Positions 56,556 to 64,000 of a DNA stretch of 64,000 bases are shown here, piece after piece (within the stretch, counting starts at the first letter, position 1; every line of letters begins with the position of its first letter). The position numbers and the translations under genes were made by a program. Location of the stretch: the NCBI GenBank assembly GCA_963728565.1, contig CAVSLC010000011.1, positions 32,001 to 96,000 on the forward strand, in the 5' to 3' direction. The stretch is from an uncultured delta proteobacterium (lineage in GTDB: Bacteria > Desulfobacterota > Binatia > UBA9968). The notes under the pieces are model-generated. The model was not told the origin of the DNA, ran no database searches, and saw nothing but the letters and a program-made list of their open reading frames with translations.

Positions 56556-57368
56556 CTACTGTGCCGAAATGATCTCGATCATGACCGCCTCGGGGTCGGC
56601 GCCCCAGCGCCACGGCAGCAGGATGCTGCCAAGACCGCGTGTGACTACCAGCATTGCCGATTGAAACGAATAAACTCCTTCGTCCAGGCAGAATCGGCTT
56701 TGCCTGATGATGGGGGGCCCATGAGGCAAGCGAATCTGCCCGCCATGCGTGTGCCCGGAAACCACGAGCGTTACTCCATGACCTGCGGCATCATAAAAGT
56801 GATCGGGGTTATGAGCTAACAGGAGATGCGGTGGGCCGAGTTCGGACATCAGGCGCGCCCAATCCGGCTTGCCGAGGATGAGATCATCGATACCGCCAAG
56901 TACAAAGCTTCCGGCGCCATGGGCTACGGTTACCGATTCGTTGTTGAGGGTAACGATACCGACGCCCTGCAGAGCTTTGCGAATCTCTTCAGGATCGCCG
57001 CCAAAATAGTCGTGATTGCCAAAGCAGAACCAAGCCCCTCGCGGAGCGCGCGACAGGGGCGCGAGAGCGTCGAGAAATGGCCGCACTTCACGTGAATGGC
57101 CGGTGACGATATCACCTGTCACCACCACCAGATCAGGTGCGAGCTGCATCAGGAAGCTGACGACTTCGGCCAAGATCTGGGGTTTAAGAAAAATGCCGCA
57201 GTGGATGTCCGATAACAGCAGCACGCGCAATGACGGAAGCCCTGGCGGCCAGCCAGCAGGCGTCAAGGTCGTCTCCGCTACTCGGAAACGACGCTCGATG
57301 ACCCAGGCATAGGGATTCCAAATGGCGGACAGATGAGGGTACAGGAAACGCGATATGAGTCGGTCCAT
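56556..57368 (-). CDS. Metallophosphoesterase (YkuE/YaeI-like)
   Basis: SDIH, TGD, GNHD, HNPD and GHTHGGQ motifs; frame stays open upstream to ~57545, so the start may be earlier. Confidence 0.9.
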   Translation of the reverse strand: MDRLISRFLYPHLSAIWNPYAWVIERRFRVAETTLTPAGWPPGLPSLRVLLLSDIHCGIFLKPQILAEVVSFLMQLAPDLVVVTGDIVTGHSREVRPFLDALAPLSRAPRGAWFCFGNHDYFGGDPEEIRKALQGVGIVTLNNESVTVAHGAGSFVLGGIDDLILGKPDWARLMSELGPPHLLLAHNPDHFYDAAGHGVTLVVSGHTHGGQIRLPHGPPIIRQSRFCLDEGVYSFQSAMLVVTRGLGSILLPWRWGADPEAVMIEIISAQ

Positions 57369-57757
57369 ATTGCGCTCAAAAAGCTTGATCAGCCCGTGAT
57401 TCGGATTGAGCAGGCGCCTTTCCTTGCCGCTGAGCGGTTTGGGTGGCGCAAGTTTTTGTCTTCTCTGTATGGTGAAATCTTCCTTCAGGAGGATTGCCTT
57501 GGATGTCGTCGGGGACGATTGTGCGGTAACAATCCATTCTGTCCTAAATTATCTGCGGAGACAATGGACTACAGTACTGCCGCGCCGTTTTCGCCGACAA
57601 CTGATTAGGAGACCAAGCAAAACTTTCGCTTACCACGGCCGCAACTCTCCAGCAACTTGACATCATGAAGTCGAATCACCTATTTTCGCCCAGCTATGTG
57701 CTTATACTCTAACGACGTTAAGGTGATGGATAGTGCATCCACTGAAGAGAGGGGTTT

Positions 57758-59368
57758 ATGATCAACATCAGGCGACGAATCTTGTTAGTGATCGCTGTCA
57801 CTTTATTCGCGTCGGCGGCGTTAGGCCAAGCGGCCGAGAGTCCGTCGGCGCAACAGCCGCGCTCCGGAGGAGAGCTTGTGTTTGCCGTCGGCGAACTTCC
57901 ACCGTCGTTCGACGGGCATCGTGAAACAACTTTCGGCATGTTACATCCGGTAGCGCCGCATTACAGCACGCTGCTCCGCTTCGATCCGCAGAACTACCCG
58001 AAAATCGTCGGCGATGTTGCCGAGCGCTGGTCGTTCTCGAGAGACGGTTTGACGGCCACGTTCACCGTGCGCAAAAACATCAAATTTCACGACGGGACTC
58101 CACTGACGGCGCGCGACGTTAAGGCCAGCTATGACAAGATCATCTTTCCTCCCGAAGGAGTTGCCAGCGCCCGCAAAGCTTCCTTTGCCATGGTCGATAA
58201 GATCGAAGCGCCGGATGATGCGACCGTGGTTTTTCGTCTCAAGCACATCGCGGCGTCTTTTTTGGCAAATCTAGCGTCCCCTTGGAATTTCATTTATAGC
58301 GCGGAGCGACTCAAGAAAGATCCGCGCTGGTACGAGAAAAATATTCTGGGCTCGGGGCCGTTTATCTTCGGCGAGCACGTCGCAGGTTCTCATTGGACGG
58401 GCAAACGAAATCCGAATTACTTTATGGCCGGCCGGCCCTACCTAGATGGATTCCGAGCCGTCTTCATCCGCGATACCGCTCCTCGTGTGGCGGCGGTAAG
58501 AAGCGGTCAAGTGCTCGCCGAATTTCGTGGGTTCAATCCCGCCGCACGGGATGACATTGTGAAAGCCCTAGGAAATAAGGCGCTCGTGCAGGAGAGCCCC
58601 TGGGCCTGCAATATCTTAGTTGCTCTCAACAACGAGAAAAAGCCGTTTAACGATGTGCGGGTCAGGCGGGCGTTAAACCTCGCCATCGATCGCAACGAGG
58701 CGTCGAAGGCGTTGTCACAAATCTCGGTGATGAAGTATGTAGGAGGCGTCTTTCGCCCGGGCTCAGAATTCGCGACACCGCCAGCCGAACTGACGAAGCT
58801 TGCCGGATTTGGTAAGGACATCGAGACATCGCGCAAAGAAGCGCGGCGACTGCTGAAGGAAGCGGCAGTGCCCGAAGGATTCTCATTTGTATTGAAGAAC
58901 CGCAATGTCAAGGAGCCCTACGAAGTAAGCGGTGTGTTTCTCGTCGATCAATGGCGAAAAATCGGCCTAAACGTGACGCACTCGCCGCAGGAGGGCGGCC
59001 CCTACTTTAATGATCTGCGCCAAGGAAACTTCGATGCCGGCGTGGATTTCGCCTGTGACTTCATGGACGAACCCGATCTTTACTTGCTGAAATATGTGAG
59101 CACTGAGAAGAGCCCGATCAATTACTCGCGTTTTAAGGACCCTACGTTTGACGAGCTTTATGAACGGCAGAGCCGGATGCTGGATCTAAAAGATCGGTTG
59201 CCGTTGCTACGCCAGATGGAAAAACGCGCAATCGCCGACCAGGCCTATCAGTTTCCGCTTCTGTGGTGGCAACGGATCGTGCCGCATAGCAGCCGGCTCA
59301 AAGGATGGAAGATCGGTCCGAGCCATTATGTCAATCAGGATCTGAGGGACGTATGGCTGGCGCCCTAA
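57758..59368 (+). CDS. Peptide/nickel ABC transporter substrate-binding protein (family 5)
   Basis: KFHDGTPLTARDV, GSGPF and PFNDVRVRRA motifs. Confidence 0.92.
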   Translation: MINIRRRILLVIAVTLFASAALGQAAESPSAQQPRSGGELVFAVGELPPSFDGHRETTFGMLHPVAPHYSTLLRFDPQNYPKIVGDVAERWSFSRDGLTATFTVRKNIKFHDGTPLTARDVKASYDKIIFPPEGVASARKASFAMVDKIEAPDDATVVFRLKHIAASFLANLASPWNFIYSAERLKKDPRWYEKNILGSGPFIFGEHVAGSHWTGKRNPNYFMAGRPYLDGFRAVFIRDTAPRVAAVRSGQVLAEFRGFNPAARDDIVKALGNKALVQESPWACNILVALNNEKKPFNDVRVRRALNLAIDRNEASKALSQISVMKYVGGVFRPGSEFATPPAELTKLAGFGKDIETSRKEARRLLKEAAVPEGFSFVLKNRNVKEPYEVSGVFLVDQWRKIGLNVTHSPQEGGPYFNDLRQGNFDAGVDFACDFMDEPDLYLLKYVSTEKSPINYSRFKDPTFDELYERQSRMLDLKDRLPLLRQMEKRAIADQAYQFPLLWWQRIVPHSSRLKGWKIGPSHYVNQDLRDVWLAP

Positions 59369-59413
59369 GCTCCTGATGATTAGTGGTCAGCGCCGCCATC
59401 GAGCTAAATTTCC

Positions 59414-60367
59414 ATGGGACAGTACATTGTCAAGCGTCTGCTATTGATGATTCCGACGCTCTTCGGCGTTGCCGTGCTGGTCTTCGTCTTACTTCGAATC
59501 GCGCCGGGAGACATCGTCGAGCTCAAGTATGCCGGCAGCGGCACGTTTGCGCCGAAGGAAGCGATCGAGCGCGAGCGAGTCCAGCTCGGACTTGATAAAC
59601 CGGTATGGCAGCAGTTCCTGAATTGGTCGTGGGGCATTGTACGCCTGGATTTCGGCCTTTCCATGTGGACGGGCAGACCTATTGCGGAAGAAATTAGAAT
59701 ACGGCTTGAGCTGAGTCTTCAGCTGGCGATTATGGCGACTCTCGTGGCTATTCTGATCGCGCTTCCCTGCGGCACCTTGGCCGCTTTGAAGCAGGATACC
59801 TGGGTCGACTACCTGGTGCGGATCTTTTCCATCGGCGGCCTGGCCGTGCCGTCGTTCTGGCTCGGCATCGTCATCATTTTGATGTTCCTCATCTTCTTTA
59901 AATGGCTGCCGCCATTGACTTTTACTTCCTTCTGGACCGATCCGGTAGCCAATATGTCGCAAATGATATGGCCTGCCTTAGCGGTGGGATACCGCTATTC
60001 GGCCATGGCAACGCGGATGACGCGATCGTCGGTGTTGGAAGTTTTGCGTGAAGATTATGTCCGCACAGCCCGCGCCAAAGGCCTCAGGGAAAATGCGGTG
60101 GTCGTGAAACATGCGTTGCGAAACGCGCTGCTGCCGATTGTTACCGTGATCGGTTTGGAATTCGCTTTTCTGATCGGCGGGCTGGTCGTCACCGAGCAAG
60201 TCTTCAATCTCAACGGCATCGGCATGCTGCTCGTCGAATCCATCACCCATCGTGACTACACGATGACCCAAGCTTTGGTGCTACTGGTCTCGTTTGCTTT
60301 CATCGCCATGAATTTTTTCCTCGACTTGCTCTATGTCTGGCTCGACCCGCGCATCCATTATTCGTGA
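59414..60367 (+). CDS. Peptide ABC transporter permease (DppB-like)
   Basis: EDYVRTARAKGL and LDPRI motifs. Confidence 0.93.
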   Translation: MGQYIVKRLLLMIPTLFGVAVLVFVLLRIAPGDIVELKYAGSGTFAPKEAIERERVQLGLDKPVWQQFLNWSWGIVRLDFGLSMWTGRPIAEEIRIRLELSLQLAIMATLVAILIALPCGTLAALKQDTWVDYLVRIFSIGGLAVPSFWLGIVIILMFLIFFKWLPPLTFTSFWTDPVANMSQMIWPALAVGYRYSAMATRMTRSSVLEVLREDYVRTARAKGLRENAVVVKHALRNALLPIVTVIGLEFAFLIGGLVVTEQVFNLNGIGMLLVESITHRDYTMTQALVLLVSFAFIAMNFFLDLLYVWLDPRIHYS

Positions 60368-60397
60368 AACATCACAGCGCCAGAGAAAGACGCTAAG

Positions 60398-61261
60398 ATG
60401 ATGTCACTCCGAGCGCGACGACAGTGCGAGGCAGTGCGTCGTTTTGCTCAGAGGCGGCCTCTCGGAGCCGTTGGCGCGGCGATTGTTATGTTGATGGCTT
60501 TAGCGGCCTTGCTGGCGGAGATCATCGCTCCTTTCGATCCTTTGCAGAACAATTATGGCGCCATGTTTCATGCTCCGGGCGCAACTCATTGGCTGGGAAC
60601 CGATTCCTTCGGGCGCGACGTGCTCTCACGGCTACTCTATGGCTCGCGCACCGCCCTATGGGTCGGATTCTCTTCTTCGTTTTTTGCTACCACCCTAGGC
60701 GCTGTTCTGGGTGTGACATGCGCCTACTTCGGCGGCAAAGTTGATCTTGTTCTGCAACGGCTGCTCGACATCCTGATATCGTTTCCGCTGATCGTTCTGG
60801 CTCTTGTTGTGGTCGCGCTGCTTGGTTCGGGGATTTGGAATGTCATAGTAGCGATCGCCATTCCGATGATTCCGCGTGCCGCTCTGGTGGTGCGGAGCAG
60901 CTCACTGGCTTTGCGCCAGATGCTCTTTGTCGAGGCGGCGCTTACTCTAGGCGCGGGTCACGCGCGTGTAATATTGCGTCACATGCTGCCCAATGTTGTG
61001 GCGCCTTATCTGATTATTCTGACCGCTTTTCTCGGCCAGGCGATCCTTCTTGAAGCCTCGCTTTCTTTCCTCGGTTTAGGCGTGGCCGAACCGACGGCGG
61101 CCTGGGGACTGATGCTTCGTGGAGCAGCGGTGGATTTCGCGGAACGCGCTCCGTGGATGGCGTTGTTTCCGGGCTTGGCGATCAGCCTGGCGGTGTTCGC
61201 CTTCAATGTCTTTGGAGACTCCTTGCGTGACGCCCTCGATCCTAAGTTGCGAGTGCCGTAA
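60398..61261 (+). CDS. Peptide ABC transporter permease (DppC-like)
   Basis: HWLGTDSFGRD, LSFLGLG and GDSLRDALDP motifs. Confidence 0.93.
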   Translation: MMSLRARRQCEAVRRFAQRRPLGAVGAAIVMLMALAALLAEIIAPFDPLQNNYGAMFHAPGATHWLGTDSFGRDVLSRLLYGSRTALWVGFSSSFFATTLGAVLGVTCAYFGGKVDLVLQRLLDILISFPLIVLALVVVALLGSGIWNVIVAIAIPMIPRAALVVRSSSLALRQMLFVEAALTLGAGHARVILRHMLPNVVAPYLIILTAFLGQAILLEASLSFLGLGVAEPTAAWGLMLRGAAVDFAERAPWMALFPGLAISLAVFAFNVFGDSLRDALDPKLRVP

Positions 61262-61296
61262 GTTTTCGCTCCATGGCACTTTTATTTCAATCCGAC

Positions 61297-62025
61297 TTAG
61301 TCCACCGCCACCAATTTCCCATTCTGATGCTCGACCGTTTTGCCGGTGAGTTCCATTCCGGCTTGTGCGGCCAGCACAAAGCCGTTTCCCAAAATCTCGG
61401 GACTTGGTAAACGCTTGCGCGCTTCTTCGGGAGCATCCTCGGTGGCGATGGCTTGCTTGGGGCTGAAGGCAACCACGCAGACGTTCCACTCGCGCTCTTC
61501 TTCGGCGATAAAGCGTGTAAATGTGCGGATGGCGTCTTTGCTGACGACATAGGGCGCGGCGCCGTGGTTTTCGGCTCTGCCGCCGCCCCAAAGATTGACG
61601 ATGTTGCCGGAACGGCATTCTTCCATAAAGGGGACAACGTACTTGGTACAAAGAAAGGTGCCGCCCAAATTGGTTTCGATGACGCTGTCCCAAAAATCCT
61701 TGCTCATGAAGCGGGCGCGCGGCCAGCGCGGAATGCCCCAGTTGAAATGCGGCACGATGCCGGCGTCGTTGATCAATGCGTCGATGCGGCCGAACCGGTC
61801 GAAAACTTCATACACCATATGCCGCACGTCTTTTTCATCGCGCACGTCAGTGGGAATGGCAAATGCGTCACCGCCGCGGCTTGTGATTTCGGCGATCGTC
61901 TTGTGCAAGCGTTGGACATCGGTGTCGGCCAGCGCCAGCTTGGCGCCTGCTTGGGCCAACGTCAGTGCCGCGTGCCGCCCTATGCCTTTGGCCCCGCCGG
62001 TAATGAGAACGACATTATTTTTCAT
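61297..62025 (-). CDS. SDR family oxidoreductase
   Basis: TGGAKGIG, NDAG and YVVSK motifs. Confidence 0.88.
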   Translation of the reverse strand: MKNNVVLITGGAKGIGRHAALTLAQAGAKLALADTDVQRLHKTIAEITSRGGDAFAIPTDVRDEKDVRHMVYEVFDRFGRIDALINDAGIVPHFNWGIPRWPRARFMSKDFWDSVIETNLGGTFLCTKYVVPFMEECRSGNIVNLWGGGRAENHGAAPYVVSKDAIRTFTRFIAEEEREWNVCVVAFSPKQAIATEDAPEEARKRLPSPEILGNGFVLAAQAGMELTGKTVEHQNGKLVAVD

Positions 62026-62085
62026 AAACCTCCGAGTAACGACCTGCGGCTGCGGTCTGTCTTCGATTACGTTGGGCTTCTCTGA

Positions 62086-62901
62086 TTATCTTGCCAAAAA
62101 ATCTGAAACGATTTGTGCCGTCAATTCGGGCTCTTCGACGTGGACGCTGTGGCCTGCGTTCGGAATTACTTTGAGCGGCTGTACTTGCGGCATTGACTTG
62201 GCGTAAATCTCGCCGTGCGACAGCGGCACCATGCGGTCGTGTTCCCCCCAGATCACCAGCGCGGGCCCGGTGATCCGATGTAGGCGGGTGCGCAACGGCC
62301 GGTTATAGAAGTAGGGCGGTTTGAAGCCGATACGCGAGCCCAAGCGCAGCATCTGATAGCGGCGCAGCTCGTCTTCAATCTCACCCATGCCATCGGGGAA
62401 AAGCTCCAACGCTTTTGGATGATCATGACGCGAGAAAAGCATCTGGCGCAGCCCTGCGTAACTGGAGCCGCGCTCCGGTTGAGCCATCATGAAGACATCG
62501 CCGATCAATGCCCCTTGGACGAACAGTCCTGCGGCGCCGATCAATACCATCTTGCGAATCTTCTCCGGGTGGCGCACCGCAAGTTCTGCTGCAATCCAGC
62601 CGCCGACGCAGCTGCCGACGAGGTCAAATTGCGGCATATTCAATGCGTCCAAGACCTCGAGATAGTGAAAGACGACATCTTCGATGGCTTCGATGTCCTT
62701 GTTCTCGTCGCTTTGAGAGCATCCTGGATGCGCCGGCGCAATGACCCGAGCCGTTGCGGCGAGACTGTCGTGGAAGGGCATCCAGCTTTCTTTAACGGAG
62801 TGAACATCGACGAAGCCGTGCAGGTAGAGCAGCGGCGCGCCACGGCCGTTCTCCAAGAGCCAAACCTTGCCTTGTTTAAGATCTAGAAAGCGGCCGCTCA
62901 C
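62086..62901 (-). CDS. Alpha/beta fold hydrolase with Cys at the nucleophile elbow
   Basis: YLHG, VGSCVGG, WGEHD and AGH motifs. Confidence 0.88.
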   Translation of the reverse strand: MSGRFLDLKQGKVWLLENGRGAPLLYLHGFVDVHSVKESWMPFHDSLAATARVIAPAHPGCSQSDENKDIEAIEDVVFHYLEVLDALNMPQFDLVGSCVGGWIAAELAVRHPEKIRKMVLIGAAGLFVQGALIGDVFMMAQPERGSSYAGLRQMLFSRHDHPKALELFPDGMGEIEDELRRYQMLRLGSRIGFKPPYFYNRPLRTRLHRITGPALVIWGEHDRMVPLSHGEIYAKSMPQVQPLKVIPNAGHSVHVEEPELTAQIVSDFLAR

Positions 62902-64000
62902 AAGCGCGCTTCCTTTGGCCGTTCGATGCTAACGCCCGGATATTCCCGTTCGAAAAGTCTCAATGAACGCTCGCGCAGGCGCGGCGCGACTTGTTCCGCG
63001 AACAAAGTCATGCTGTTTAGGGCGAGCTCCTTGGACATGTTGCCGATATGAAATTGGATCAACAGGTTTCCCACCTTGGCTCGTTCGATGAGATTCCAGA
63101 TACGGTGATATACGGTCTCGGGGCTGCCGACGATGATCGATTGCGAAGCTTCAAGCTCGTCCCAGTTTTCTACGTCACCCAAAAGCTTGCGACCCGGCTT
63201 GTAATCTTTCAGATACTCTTTCCAGGCTGGCGCCGGGATATAGGGAACACCCGGGCCGAAAGTGAGCTGTCGTCCTTCCCGCCGCAAGTGACCCTTCAAA
63301 CAGTTCTTCAAAAAATACCAAACGCCTTCTTCACATTCCTCTCGTGCTTGCCGATCGCTTTCCGCCACGTACGCGGACATCAGTATGCCGAAGCGGAATG
63401 GCTGATACCGATCTCCATGTCTTTCCAGCACGGCGGCAAACTCTTGCTGGGCGCGATGGGTTTCGCCGCCGTGACTGCGCGATGAAAGGAAGTAACAGTA
63501 GCCGCGTTTTGCCACCTCGGTCATAGTCGACGGGCTGCGCGAGCCCGGTATCCATATCGGAGGAAAGGGCGTTTGCAGCGGTTTAGGCCAAGGGTTTACA
63601 TAGCGAAGTGGAAAGTACCGTCCCTCGTGGGCAAACGGACCGTCTTCGGTCCAGGAACGCACGATCAGATCCGCGGCTTCCCAGAATTTCTCCCGGGTAT
63701 TGGCCGACGGTATGTCGTAGTTGAAGGTTTCGGGGCCGCCGCCCGGCGCAAAACCGGCAATCAGCCGGCCGTTGCTCATCTGATCGAGCATGGCGTATTC
63801 CTCGGCGACTCGAAGAGGGTTCATGTGCAGCGGCAGTAGATTGCCGAGCACGACGATCTTGCCGCGGGTCGATCTTTGGGTGAGGGCAGCGGCAATGATG
63901 TTGGGCGAAGGCATCAGGCCGTAAATATTCTGATGGTGCTCGTTGAGCACCATGCCGTCAAAACCGAGTTCGTCCGCATAAGCCAGCTGGTCGATATACT
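62898..64000 (-). CDS. LLM-class flavin-dependent monooxygenase (N-terminus beyond the window)
   Basis: ADELGFDG, NEHH, PLRVAEEYAMLD and PKPLQ.P.PPIWIPG motifs. Confidence 0.92.
   Translation of the reverse strand, partial: YIDQLAYADELGFDGMVLNEHHQNIYGLMPSPNIIAAALTQRSTRGKIVVLGNLLPLHMNPLRVAEEYAMLDQMSNGRLIAGFAPGGGPETFNYDIPSANTREKFWEAADLIVRSWTEDGPFAHEGRYFPLRYVNPWPKPLQTPFPPIWIPGSRSPSTMTEVAKRGYCYFLSSRSHGGETHRAQQEFAAVLERHGDRYQPFRFGILMSAYVAESDRQAREECEEGVWYFLKNCLKGHLRREGRQLTFGPGVPYIPAPAWKEYLKDYKPGRKLLGDVENWDELEASQSIIVGSPETVYHRIWNLIERAKVGNLLIQFHIGNMSKELALNSMTLFAEQVAPRLRERSLRLFEREYPGVSIERPKEARL

Overview
A 64 kb bacterial accessory-metabolism region with no rRNA, tRNA, CRISPR array or intact transposase visible. 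Many orphan NMT1/SsuA-type and TctC/Bug-type solute-binding proteins, amidohydrolases, VOC and LLM enzymes suggest a Candidatus Binatia (Binatota)-like deltaproteobacterium; this is an inference. Many genes in the first ~43 kb are broken by single-base indels, probably uncorrected long-read errors, while genes after ~44 kb look essentially intact. Highlights: (1) a selenoprotein split by the ORF caller (in-frame TGA in a U-G-S-C motif plus a SECIS-like hairpin) within an MmgE/PrpD - thioredoxin reductase - UGSC selenoprotein - partner protein - TctC cluster, a candidate uncharacterised selenium-dependent reductase system; (2) two tandem, divergent spore-photoproduct-lyase-family radical SAM genes, only one keeping the catalytic Cys; (3) an unannotated 52-aa metallothionein and a 54-aa LEA-like lipoprotein, each behind a sigma54-type promoter; (4) two inverted copies of a ~128-bp MITE-like element; (5) several gene remnants and enzymes with atypical active sites.
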